Assembly: GCA_900128585.1 (NCBI GenBank)
Contig: LT642158.1
Location: 1-52,944, forward strand
Reading direction: 5' to 3'
DNA: 52,944 bases
Origin: Stramenopiles sp. TOSAG23-3
Lineage: Eukaryota
The position numbers were made by a program, and so were the translations under genes. Within the stretch, counting starts at the first letter, position 1, and every line of letters begins with the position of its first letter. The notes below the pieces were generated by a model. It was not told the origin of the DNA. It saw nothing but the letters and a program-made list of their open reading frames with translations, and ran no database searches. Below are positions 29,614-40,306 of this stretch, one piece after another.

Positions 29614-32046
29614 ATGCCTTCTAACGACGTAGCGGACGAGCGCAATACGGAGTCGCAAGAAGTCAGCCCAGTTGAGTCTCCCAAAAGACTTAAGACGTAC
29701 CAAATAGAAAATGAATCATGGAGGCAGTACCTGCCAAGAACGATAGTGCTAGGTCTTCTCAGCGTTTTTCCTTCCATAGCCTTTGGTGCTATTTTCACGC
29801 ATATTGGCTATGGGCCTACCGTATATCGGTTTTTGACAGAGTTCATACTGTACGCCCGGCTGGTTGGTTACGGGGGCCTTTTGGTACTTGTACTCCTGTA
29901 TGTATCGGACGCTTCGTACTGGACAGGCTGTTTCGTATACATCCGTGGCGTGTTCCTGTTTATTGCAGCTTTAGCCATAACCACCGGTGGGGTTCTGATG
30001 GCCAAAGAAATGCCCGCAGCTCCTTTGCTCATATTCCTTTTGTCTTGCCCGGGTTATTACGGTCTCTTGCGAAAAACTTGCTTCCCGGAGCGTCGGGTAA
30101 TGCTTCCGTTTTATCTATCTTCTTTGGCCATCGCTTTGTTTATCCATGGCACTGTGGGGGTGGGTATATGGGTTTGGTGGGTCTTGAGTAAGCAATGGTT
30201 TTGGCCCGGGAAAAATGATAGGGTAAAGGTGATATTCTATGAATTTATGGACTGCCCGCTTCCACCGAATATAAATTCAACCTCCGTGCTGCACCTCAGC
30301 GAGTCCCCGGGGCTGGAAAGTTGCCAAGCGGCCTTCTTGATGTGGGCAGGGCTTTTAATTGCTTCCTGTGCAGTCTTAACATTCAGCGCAATATTGTTTT
30401 TCTTAGGAAAATCAATGCTGACGAAATCGTCCAGAAAGATCGGGGGGAAAATACGTATTTTTTCCACCATGATCTTGCTTGCTATAGCGGGGATGTGGAC
30501 AGCAGGTTCTATCGCGGGTTCCTCGCTGTACATGTCGAACCTAGTGATGACATTCTCGTTTGCATTTTTGGTCTGCATTGTCATTACAATCGGCGGAACA
30601 TTCGGTTTGCAAGCATCCAGACAAGAGTTTTTGCGTTCCAATTTTTCGAAAAGGCTGTTTTGGGCTATGCGCAGCGATTGGGTAAAAGCAATGCTTGTTT
30701 TTGGGTTTCCTTTCTTCTGCATTTACTTGCTGGTTTCCCTGTTAAATCAGTTTTTTCGCAAATACTTGACACCGTGCACTACGCGGCACTTAAACGCCAG
30801 TGAGAAAATGGCCAACTGGCGATCATTCTGGCTCACCACGGTCACGCATAGGCAATACGAATCAGTGCGAAAATGGCCGTGGACTAGCGTGTTGAATAAA
30901 GTTCAATTTTTGGGCCTGGCCTACTTCTTTTTTTCTGTCGTAGTCGGGAAAGCCACTTATGTCGGTTTAAGTGAGCTGAACGTTTTCCTGCAAAACTATG
31001 ATTTGTGGCTGGTAACCACTGTATTTTTTACTGTTGGGCTCATGATGTTTTTAAACCCGGCAATACCTGGGGTGCCAGTGTACCTGGTTGGGGGCGTGCT
31101 CCTCGTCGGTTCATCAGAAAAAATCTTTGGATTTTGGTTAGGCTGTGCGTACACGTCCGTGGTTTGTTTTTTCATAAAATTGAGTGCCGTGTACATGCAG
31201 CAGCGATGTTTTGGAGAAGGTCTGGGTAACAAAGTGTGGGTTCGCCGTTTTGTGGGCGTAAATAGTGTCTCTATACGGGCGATCAAAATTATTTTACAAA
31301 AGCCGGGGCTGTCTTTGGCGAAGGTGTCGATTTTGTGCGGTGGGCCGGATTGGCCGACATCTGTTCTAACTGGTATCTTAAAACTTTCGCCTTTACAAAT
31401 GCAAATCGGAACGTTGCCCATAATGTGCCTAGTGGCCCCGTGCGTCTTTGCGGGTGCCTTTATGTTGAAGCAGTCCGAGGGAGAAATATACAAGTCCATG
31501 TCTACTGTTGCCCTTGCCCTCGCTTCGGGGAGCCAGAGCCTTGCATTGCTCGCAGCATTTTATTATATTGAGAAAACGGTTACAAAAAATAGGACAATGT
31601 TGGAGGACATGAAGCCCGACGAAGAGGTCCTACGTGCAGATGAAAAGGCCGCGAAATTGCAACTAATTGTTAGACAACAAACGCGATGGGAATTTGTGCC
31701 AACCTGGCTCAAACTGATCCAATTGACTGGGACGTTTATGACGATCTGTTACTGTACAATGTTTGGTTTCCGGTCTTCAATGTGTTTCGAAGATTATGAA
31801 ATGACAGATTCAGTGGATAGCAAATTGGGCGGGAACCCGCTTAACGTGGTGAAAGGCTATATTGGTTGGGTTTCCATTGGGATGGCATTTGGCTCTATGG
31901 TTACGTATAAGATTTTTGGTTGTTGGTCCAGCAGGAAAGTCCGGCGTATTTTAATGGTTCAGAAAACGCAGGTGGTGCCGGAACTAGGTAATGGAGTTAA
32001 AATCGAAGACGACATTCCGACGGGACCAAAAGGGCGGCCCGTTTAA
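29614..32046 (+). CDS. Polytopic membrane protein (810 aa, roughly 15 hydrophobic segments) with a C-terminal DedA/VTT (SNARE_assoc)-like region
   Basis: Many 20-aa hydrophobic stretches. FLNPAIPGVPVYLVGG and LCGGPDWPTSVLTGILKLSPLQMQIGTLP resemble the two re-entrant segments of DedA/VTT domains (family call tentative). Confidence 0.8.
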   Translation: MPSNDVADERNTESQEVSPVESPKRLKTYQIENESWRQYLPRTIVLGLLSVFPSIAFGAIFTHIGYGPTVYRFLTEFILYARLVGYGGLLVLVLLYVSDASYWTGCFVYIRGVFLFIAALAITTGGVLMAKEMPAAPLLIFLLSCPGYYGLLRKTCFPERRVMLPFYLSSLAIALFIHGTVGVGIWVWWVLSKQWFWPGKNDRVKVIFYEFMDCPLPPNINSTSVLHLSESPGLESCQAAFLMWAGLLIASCAVLTFSAILFFLGKSMLTKSSRKIGGKIRIFSTMILLAIAGMWTAGSIAGSSLYMSNLVMTFSFAFLVCIVITIGGTFGLQASRQEFLRSNFSKRLFWAMRSDWVKAMLVFGFPFFCIYLLVSLLNQFFRKYLTPCTTRHLNASEKMANWRSFWLTTVTHRQYESVRKWPWTSVLNKVQFLGLAYFFFSVVVGKATYVGLSELNVFLQNYDLWLVTTVFFTVGLMMFLNPAIPGVPVYLVGGVLLVGSSEKIFGFWLGCAYTSVVCFFIKLSAVYMQQRCFGEGLGNKVWVRRFVGVNSVSIRAIKIILQKPGLSLAKVSILCGGPDWPTSVLTGILKLSPLQMQIGTLPIMCLVAPCVFAGAFMLKQSEGEIYKSMSTVALALASGSQSLALLAAFYYIEKTVTKNRTMLEDMKPDEEVLRADEKAAKLQLIVRQQTRWEFVPTWLKLIQLTGTFMTICYCTMFGFRSSMCFEDYEMTDSVDSKLGGNPLNVVKGYIGWVSIGMAFGSMVTYKIFGCWSSRKVRRILMVQKTQVVPELGNGVKIEDDIPTGPKGRPV

Positions 32047-32421
32047 GAGCACACAGAAGACAACGATTATAAAAAAAAAAAATACAGAGTGTATGCACGA
32101 TTATAAGTATAATTTTAAAACGATCTATCGGACAGACAAAAGTTAGAGAGGCAAAAATGTCGAGTATAACATATGAAAAAAACCAAAATGAGAGTCTTAA
32201 AACATACTATATAATTTGTTTTTTTTGAAAAAAACTAATTTGTTTCACATGAAAAAAACTAATTAATAATATCTCTAGTATGTCATGAGGAAGCAATAAT
32301 TTAATTGTCTCTTCTAAAACTTAATTAAGTTTTTGACTAAACATCCATTGCTTTGTTTTTAATTTGTTGTAAACCTAAATAAGACCCAGATTGGCTACAT
32401 GCCAAAATTTAAACGTTATGC

Positions 32422-34596
32422 TCACGAGAACAACAGCAATATTTCTGAAGGGGTGGAGCGCTCTTTTGGATTCCGACAAAGGGTCTGTCGTAGAACATCC
32501 AGGATCAATTGGGAATACCCGCGGTCTTTCACTTCCGATATAACATCGGGCAGTGACATCATTGTAAAATCGGGTCTCAACAATGTGCACATTTCATAAA
32601 CGATGCAACCCAATGACCAAACATCGGCAGGGCGCCCATACTCACCATTTACAACTTCTGGCGCCATGTAGTGTGGTGTTCCTACCACTGTGTTCGGTCC
32701 TGTTCGATCTCGGAATACCGCTGCAACTCCAAAGTCGCCAATCTTTAGTCTTGCTTTTCCTGTTAATAATAAATTTGCGGGCTTTAAGTCTCTGTGAAGA
32801 AACCCGTGGTTGTGGACGACCGATAGGCCAGTGAGCAGCTGGTGTGTGAAAGCAACGATAGTCGGCTCGGACACCATCCCGCCCCCATAACTTTTCAGCA
32901 TGTCTGCCAGATCTCCCCCGGGCACATACTCCATGACAAGGCATACCGACAAAACCCTTGATTTTAACCGTACGTCCAGAAAAAAATCATGCAAGTGCAC
33001 AATGTGTTCGCTTCGGTCAAATTTCGACAAAGTGCGAGCCTCGTCTAAAGCTTCATTAGCCTGCTCCACACTTTCGCAAATTATACGTTTCAGCACATAA
33101 ACTTCGCTGTTTCGATCGTCCATTACCAATGTTGTTGTTCCAAACGCACCTTCGCCAAGCTCACCCAAAATGCTATATGGTCTATCCCCGCCAAACGGTG
33201 CCTCGCTTTCATCCGTGCCAAGGTCCGACGTGGACAGGCTATTTAATTCTAGGGGAATGTCGGCATTCTCCCCCCTCTCGTCGCGTACTCCTAACGCTGC
33301 GCTCTCGCTTTTGTCGTCCAGCATGGATGGAACATAATCAACTGACAAAAATGCATTTTCCGACTTTGCCAAATCGCTGCTAGTTGGCGAAGGGGGTAAA
33401 CTAGAGCCCGTGCCATCGCTGCTGTTTTTATCGCTGCTGTTTTTATGGGCTAATGGAAAGGTCGTTTGAATTGTCTCCTTGCTACGAAAAACAATTGATT
33501 TATCGGCCCCTTGGTCATTTGCTGGGGGGTGACCCACAGACAGGCTTAGCTCCTTTTGAACGGCTGTAGCTAAAGACTCAGTCGATATTGTTTTGGGACT
33601 GGTCTCGGTACCCACACCTTCTATTAGTTCGTCGATGTCGGAGATATCGTTGGATTCGAACCCAGACGAAGCGTTTGACGATCGGCCCGAGGAACGCCCT
33701 GACATTCCATTTATGGTAGACACACTACCCGCAGACGTACGACCATCCTCAAGCGGGTTTGTGCTGGCAGCAATGGGGGTATGCGGTGCCGCCGTATGCT
33801 GGCTCGGGCTGTCCTTTGCCTCCTTGAGCTTATCCCCCTGCCCCCCGTGGTCTAAAATTGAATTCCCAAGCTCATCGAAAGCGCCTGCAACGCTCCTGTA
33901 GTAAGTCACAAGCCACAGAATCATCTGCTTGAAGCATGGCTGGAAAAAATCATCACAAGAAGCAATGGTTGACTGGATCGCTTGGGAATTTCGCGCACTC
34001 GCTTTTAAATAGCGCCTTTGCGCCCTAGACAGCTTAATTTCATTCCGAGCTATTTTTTTCTCTAAGCCCCCCGAGCTTTTGGCCATTTTGGGGAACAAGC
34101 TATTGCTTGAGTTGTAAAACTCTCTTTTCAGGATAAACTTCCGTCTCATTTTTCTAACCTTTTTCGTATAATGGTCATGGCGCTCTCGTTCTGTGTTCAT
34201 CGTTTTCGCACCTTTCCTGTTTATGTGTTCTATTCGTTTCAGCAATTCGTCCATCCCTGCAAACATTGAATGCTTCTGCTTTTTGGACTCTAGGCTGTTG
34301 GCCACTAGGCTGGTCAACCGGTTGGAAAGTTCAACCAACGCCGTGTTTGTTTCCAACATGATATTGTCCTCGCCTTGTGTCTTACCGGGGTTGATTACCG
34401 CGGTCAGATCGGTCATTGCAGTAGACAAGGAGCAAAGCGCCTGGTTTGACAATTTCAGCGTTTCTAACCACGCCCGCGAACTTGCCCGGACCGCTCTCAC
34501 CCGAATCTCGACTTGTTCAATATATTGAACCTCATCAAACTTACTTAACTCGACGTCCTCGGCAGATGTGGGCAGAGGAGAAGATTGCGCCTTCAT
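32422..34596 (-). CDS. Ser/Thr kinase (NEK-like catalytic domain at C-terminus) with N-terminal BAR-like helical domain
   Basis: GEGAFG, VLK, HRDLKPAN, DFG, GTPHYMAPE, DVWSLG are all intact. N-terminal helical region HDHYTKKVRKM...KIARNEIKLSRAQRRY. Ser-rich linker. Confidence 0.88.
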   Translation of the reverse strand: MKAQSSPLPTSAEDVELSKFDEVQYIEQVEIRVRAVRASSRAWLETLKLSNQALCSLSTAMTDLTAVINPGKTQGEDNIMLETNTALVELSNRLTSLVANSLESKKQKHSMFAGMDELLKRIEHINRKGAKTMNTERERHDHYTKKVRKMRRKFILKREFYNSSNSLFPKMAKSSGGLEKKIARNEIKLSRAQRRYLKASARNSQAIQSTIASCDDFFQPCFKQMILWLVTYYRSVAGAFDELGNSILDHGGQGDKLKEAKDSPSQHTAAPHTPIAASTNPLEDGRTSAGSVSTINGMSGRSSGRSSNASSGFESNDISDIDELIEGVGTETSPKTISTESLATAVQKELSLSVGHPPANDQGADKSIVFRSKETIQTTFPLAHKNSSDKNSSDGTGSSLPPSPTSSDLAKSENAFLSVDYVPSMLDDKSESAALGVRDERGENADIPLELNSLSTSDLGTDESEAPFGGDRPYSILGELGEGAFGTTTLVMDDRNSEVYVLKRIICESVEQANEALDEARTLSKFDRSEHIVHLHDFFLDVRLKSRVLSVCLVMEYVPGGDLADMLKSYGGGMVSEPTIVAFTHQLLTGLSVVHNHGFLHRDLKPANLLLTGKARLKIGDFGVAAVFRDRTGPNTVVGTPHYMAPEVVNGEYGRPADVWSLGCIVYEMCTLLRPDFTMMSLPDVISEVKDRGYSQLILDVLRQTLCRNPKERSTPSEILLLFS
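33415..33444. repeat. In-frame 15-bp tandem duplication within the kinase linker (KNSSD x2)
   Basis: ATCGCTGCTGTTTTT repeated twice exactly. Confidence 0.9.
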
Positions 34597-35512
34597 TCTG
34601 GCGGCTTACAACACTATCAAACAAGCCTCGCGTGTATGTTTGTAGAAAATTCCGTTGGGTGAAATGATCCCGCGTATTTTCCTGTTTTTTCTCAATGATC
34701 AGTTTTATCCATTTCTTCTGTTCAACTGGACAATGAAACGTACAAGGCAAGACTGTCGCTGATTTCTCGCATTTTGTTCATCACATTTTTATATTTGATG
34801 TTGTTGTTGTTGTTCTTCTTCTTCTTCTTTTTTTTTTTTTTTTTTATTATTACACAGTAGTATTTATCTGTATTATTATTATTAATTATTTATTTGTTTC
34901 GTCTACTTCTTTTTATATAGGGAATTATATGTAGTAATAATAATAAAAGTATAATACGATTGACAAAAGAAAGAAAAAGAACAAGAACCTTCTTCTTCAA
35001 GAAATGGCCTTTCCTATTATCCTGCATTATCGTCCTGCTACTCTGGACTCAGACTTTACTTTCTTCTGTTGATGTCATTTTTTTAATTTTATTATGCGCC
35101 ACATCGCGTGCTTAAGGTAGAACACAATATTGTATCAATGTAAATATAGATATTGCCATATAATATTCATATTAATATTAATGTATATATAAATAACCTT
35201 AACATAATAAACCACAAAGCGAATTTTTTTTTTTTTTTTGGGAGTGATGATGATATAATTACTTAATATATAATATGGATAGAGCATAAGAAGTGAAATT
35301 TTCGAGTTCTCAGGATTCCCCAATCCCTGCCTATTTTATGTAAATAGTATTCGAGGTTATGTGTATGTGATAATGTGATGCGAAAGTGACAGCTGTCATC
35401 ATCTATTTTATTATATCTCTCCCCTCTCCCCTCTCCCATCTGTCATCTCCTCCTCTTCATCTCAGGTCTCCTCAGGAGACCTCACAGTGTGTACATTGAT
35501 GTAGTTTACAAT

Positions 35513-35561
35513 NNNNNNNNNNNNNNNNNNNNNNNNNNNNNNNNNNNNNNNNNNNNNNNNN
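35513..35561. other. Assembly gap (N run)
   Basis: 49 consecutive Ns. Confidence 0.99.
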
Positions 35562-36728
35562 TATTATTATTGTCATAGTTTTTATAGATGGGTATCATCA
35601 AATTTTAAATGTTAAAGTTAGGGTACACCAGAACCAGACCACCCATCGCATCCAACCATTATTAAAAAATACCAACCAATAAAATAAAATACTACAAATG
35701 TCTTATATATAAATATATAGGTACAGTACAGTAGTATTTTAATTTAATACTAAAAAATACTGTCTGTAGTTTATCATTTATCATCAATGAAAAAGCCATC
35801 GATCGATCGATCACGCTCTATATCCCAATGCTGTGTGTATTTAAAGGTGTTAATACATAGGGAGTTGCTTTCTTTACATTACAATATATTACTATACAAA
35901 TATGATACGGAGAAATGATTTAGTTGGCGGCGACATTTTTCTTTTTTTAGTTTGTCGGTTTTTTAAATGACATTAACATAGACAGATCATCATTTAAAAC
36001 CATAATAAATAATCAACGACGAAACAACTCAATACAGAAGAAGAGTAAAGAGATAATAACTAAATATATAGATAACAAACACAACTCCATCATATCTCCC
36101 CTTTTTTAGCCCTTGGCGATAATTAAATAAAACAATGCTGTGTCCTGTATAATATTTGTGTGTCCTGGCCGATATAAATTGATCTTCTCGTATAGAATTT
36201 GCTGTGCTGTGCGGTGTGTTCATTTACTAGATAAAAGATCGATTATCTTTAAAATAAAATACATCAAGATAGCAATGAAGAAAACAATATTTTAGAATTA
36301 ATATAGAAATAAGAAAGGAAGCGTGTCCTTTCCTCCAAATCGCGTCTCTTGCTTCACCAATTAAGTATATATATACACAAAGCATATTTTTTGTTTTATA
36401 ATATTTTATGTATTTCCATATTAATACTTTTCATAAATATAAATATGAAATCGACAAATCCTTACTTATCGATGCGGCATAATTCTTTGCCTTAAAAAAA
36501 TAATTATTATAATTTTTATTTAAAATAAAATTCTATAATAATACAGGAGACAACAAGTAAAATGTTTCAAGTAAGATTTCTTGTTTTGTTTACGATATGT
36601 TCACTAGAACGTAAATATAACGAAAGTTTGTATCACAGTCTAAAACACAGAGATCTGTTGTCGTGTTTTCAAATCATTCGTAACAAAGCACGATAAAAGA
36701 AATTTGAAGACTCCTCTTTCCTAACACT

Positions 36729-37931
36729 ATGTCGTCGAACGGTGAAGTCAACAACCGTCCCGCTGACTCTGCGTTCAAACAGCAACGTTTAAAGGCATGG
36801 CAGCCGATATTGACCCCTATGTGGGTCATAGCTTCATTTGTCTTCATTGGCATTGTATTTGTTCCTCTCGGCGCATTCTTGTTAAATGCATCCGAAAACG
36901 TTGTGGAGCTAAGAGTACAGTATGGTGGAAAAGATATGAATGGTGAAAAAAATGAGATTAAGCCGGGGAAAAATGCTATACTGGAGTTGAAAGCAACGGC
37001 GGACATGAAGGGCCCTGTTTATCTCTATTATGAACTATCGAATTTTTACCAAAACCACCGTCGCTACGTCAAAAGTCGATACGATGCACAACTTCGTGGG
37101 GATGTCAAGGGTTATTCCGACTTGGCTGAAGCAAAAGCGAAATTTATGACGGACGACGGAAATGCAAAGCTGAACGAAGTAAAAGACGAAGCTGGCGCTA
37201 CGCTAAGACAAACTTTCCAAACTTGCGAACCGATGTTGATTCCTCCAGAGTTCGACAATAACGAAGGCCCTAATTGTAAATGGAACTCAACCACCGAAAA
37301 AGACTCAAAAGGCAAGTTCTGCAAAGTATTGTGGCCCTGTGGTCTAATCGCAGGGTCGTTCTTCGACGATGTCTTCCAACCTGCTGGCAACTGGACTACT
37401 CCATTAACAGAATGGTCGGAAGAGGACATTGCTTGGGATAGTGACAAGAAAATCAAATTTAAAAATCCAGATGGGTGGAAAGAAGGAAAGTGGAAAAAGG
37501 ACCAGGACTCGTTATACCTCTGGCTGCACCAGCGGTACCCAGACTTTAACAAGTTGACGAACCGTAGTTTGGAAAAAGAGGGCGTAGAGAACGAACATTT
37601 TATTGTTTGGATGCGCACTGCTGGACTGCCAACTTTTCGTAAACTCTATGCCATTATTGGTAAGGGCAATGACGCCGATACAGTGACGATAAAGAAAGGT
37701 ACGATATTGGAAATTAAAGTGCACAGCCACTTTGAAGTCGAAGCATTTGATGGAACAAAGAGTCTGGTTGTTTCTACTGTGAGCTGGTTAGGTGGCAAAA
37801 ACAGCTTTTTAGGTATCGCGTACATTGTGGTTGGTAGCATCAGTTTTCTCCTTGCTGCGGCGTTTTTTATCAAACACATGAATTCTCCGCGGAAGCTTGG
37901 GGATACCACCTACATTGTGTGGCAAGATTAA
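36729..37931 (+). CDS. CDC50: CDC50/LEM3/ALIS family P4-ATPase flippase beta-subunit
   Basis: FKQQRLKAWQPILTP, YYELSNFYQNHRRYVKSR, PCGLIAGSFF, NEHFIVWMRTAGLPTFRKLY, WLGGKNSFLGIAY; two TM helices. Confidence 0.96.
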   Translation: MSSNGEVNNRPADSAFKQQRLKAWQPILTPMWVIASFVFIGIVFVPLGAFLLNASENVVELRVQYGGKDMNGEKNEIKPGKNAILELKATADMKGPVYLYYELSNFYQNHRRYVKSRYDAQLRGDVKGYSDLAEAKAKFMTDDGNAKLNEVKDEAGATLRQTFQTCEPMLIPPEFDNNEGPNCKWNSTTEKDSKGKFCKVLWPCGLIAGSFFDDVFQPAGNWTTPLTEWSEEDIAWDSDKKIKFKNPDGWKEGKWKKDQDSLYLWLHQRYPDFNKLTNRSLEKEGVENEHFIVWMRTAGLPTFRKLYAIIGKGNDADTVTIKKGTILEIKVHSHFEVEAFDGTKSLVVSTVSWLGGKNSFLGIAYIVVGSISFLLAAAFFIKHMNSPRKLGDTTYIVWQD

Positions 37932-38667
37932 GTAAAATGTGGGGGCTTGGGTCTCCAAAACTATTAAACGATCGTCGATGCAACTCCAAGGTTTTTACCG
38001 AATCTTTTTTACACACACTCTAAAATTATTAAATACTATAACGAGAGAATAATAAAAACTTTAGCTTTATCGGGTAACAATAAAAATCATTATCTCTTGG
38101 GCGGTCTTCTCTTTCTTTTAGAAGTGTATTGTTGTATACTTGTGGTCGTGTAGTCCGTCTTTCAAAATTGTTACTACAAATAGGAGTGAAAACCAAAATA
38201 TATAGTATGTTTTAGGAGTGATATGTTTATGTTCCTAATCGCCCGTTGCACTACTATGTGATGAATATTGTTTTTTTGGTGTGTTGTGTTCTTCTTGTTG
38301 TTCTCTTGCCGTTTTTATTATTTTTAAGAAGGTGGTTTAATACAACTGTGTATGAAAGTGGTGCTATGATATTGTTGTGTTGCAGTCTCTGTAATGGTGC
38401 AGCAGCAGTTTGTTGTTGCTCTACCGTAGTAGTACCAAAGGTAACGGCGGAGGAGGCAGAACGACGAAAGAGAGATAGAAGAAGAAGAAAAAAAACAAAC
38501 ATTATTATTATTTAATATACCAAGGGGGTTTGAATTGTCTAAATCGATTGCACAAAAATTAAGAAACAATGTAAACATGTCGAAGCGTTCATATTTATCA
38601 ACACAAAGGTGTTCCAAGACACAAGTGACAAACACCTGACACTGAATGGGCATTCCGCGTGTGTAAA

Positions 38668-40104
38668 ATGTCTAACTCGGGGTTGTTTCGACCGTGGTCT
38701 GGCGGCAGTGCAATTGGTAGTGAAAATGTACGGCAATCTTCGGGGTTTTACGAAGGGCCTTCAAGGCCGGTCTTGGCCAAGAAAAAACGTGATGACAGAC
38801 GCCGAGCGGAAGCAGATCCCGCAGTGTCCGAAGGAGTGCCTTTGCGCGCAAAAGTGAGGCCGGACTCAGCTTCACCAGCTATCCACGACTTTGAAACTCG
38901 GGAGAAGGGAATACGAGTTTCACTGCAAGCTTTACCAAAAACACCGCTCAGTCGCACACACGGAGCACCACTTTCACCAGGTACTACACAGAGACAACCG
39001 GCCCAAGACTTAAATGCAAGTAAAGGTACGATCCACAAACAGGTACCGCCGAAACGCGATGAAACTGTACTATGGGCTCCATGGTTACCGAAAGCTTCTA
39101 CAAAAAAGAAACGAACGGCGTCGTTCCCGCGAAACAATATAACCCGTCGCCGCTTGACAGAATCTTCTGTAAATACTGATCCCGAGAATGGCATGTTTCT
39201 GCAAGGGTTTGTGCCACATGCCCCTCCAATAAAACATAGAATGCGCAATGTTAGCCCCGTTAAAATAAGGAGAGAGACCAGGCATATCACAGGCCCTACT
39301 GTTGTGAACACAAAACGCCGTAATTTGACATACAGGCAAAAAGCCAAAGCAAAGCAGAAGGAGCACGTGCGTGCTCTAAAATGCCGCTCCTCCAGCTATA
39401 ACATAAAGCGAAAGACATCGCCGATCCGCCCACGCGCGTTTCCCAAACAAGGCAACTGCAAGAAGCCGAACAGCCCGTTATCAGGCATATCCCTCAAAAT
39501 ATTTCCAAAGAGCAGTGGCACAAGGGGTGCATCGTCAACCGGCGCGCGAAGTTTAGATCCAACGGGGTATGGTAAAACCACTGGGCAGAAGCAAGTGAAT
39601 AACAAACGGCGGCCAAATGGTTCGAACTTTAAGCTGTCAAGGGTTGGTGGGGACCACATACCCGTTTCAGAACAGAACTTTTTTGAAAGAGGAACGCACA
39701 ATTCCAACCAAGGAACCACTGTGTACCTAAAGCCAAAACTGAAGCATCAGTATTCTATTGAAATGGTTGTTCCAAGTATGCAGCGGAAGCACGTTAATTA
39801 CACATTCTCGCACTGGGATGAAACAGACCCGGGCACGTTAGAGAATGTGATAAATCGGCGTCTAAAGAAATGGCAAGATCCCGAGGGCATCTATGGGAAA
39901 AGAAACAGCAGGGTCGGTCAAGAAGAGTCGGGTGTGGACGCGACAGGGGGAATGTCGTCGCGAAAAGTGAGACGAGAAAAGCGAGTGCCGATAACAGCCA
40001 TGATGGTGGGGGGAGGAAACGAAGGAGCGCCGAAGAACAGCTGCGGCGAATATTTGACAGAGAGCTTACTTTCCGACCAGCTCGGAAAGGCACTTGAGAA
40101 ATGA
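38668..40104 (+). CDS. Hypothetical basic, Pro/Arg/Lys/Ser-rich, probably disordered protein (478 aa)
   Basis: 1.4 kb ORF with GC content like neighbouring CDSs; ATG in aaaATG context. No recognisable domain. Confidence 0.7.
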   Translation: MSNSGLFRPWSGGSAIGSENVRQSSGFYEGPSRPVLAKKKRDDRRRAEADPAVSEGVPLRAKVRPDSASPAIHDFETREKGIRVSLQALPKTPLSRTHGAPLSPGTTQRQPAQDLNASKGTIHKQVPPKRDETVLWAPWLPKASTKKKRTASFPRNNITRRRLTESSVNTDPENGMFLQGFVPHAPPIKHRMRNVSPVKIRRETRHITGPTVVNTKRRNLTYRQKAKAKQKEHVRALKCRSSSYNIKRKTSPIRPRAFPKQGNCKKPNSPLSGISLKIFPKSSGTRGASSTGARSLDPTGYGKTTGQKQVNNKRRPNGSNFKLSRVGGDHIPVSEQNFFERGTHNSNQGTTVYLKPKLKHQYSIEMVVPSMQRKHVNYTFSHWDETDPGTLENVINRRLKKWQDPEGIYGKRNSRVGQEESGVDATGGMSSRKVRREKRVPITAMMVGGGNEGAPKNSCGEYLTESLLSDQLGKALEK

Positions 40105-40147
40105 GCTAGTTGGACCACAGCGTGCAGCTAGTCGGACCACAGCGTGC
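40104..40147. repeat. 22-bp tandem duplication beginning at the last base of the stop codon
   Basis: AGCTAGTTGGACCACAGCGTGC / AGCTAGTCGGACCACAGCGTGC (1 mismatch). Confidence 0.9.
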
Positions 40148-40306
40148 GCTCGTAACCAAAAGAGGATTCTGAGGCTCAGAGTGAATGTTAAACTTACCAG
40201 CCCAAGACATTTACATTTTTAAAAAACAAAATACCTTTTTAGAATCAACGTTAAATTGGCAGTTTAAATTTTCACACGTGTTCATGCGAGAGTAGGTTAA
40301 GAATCC

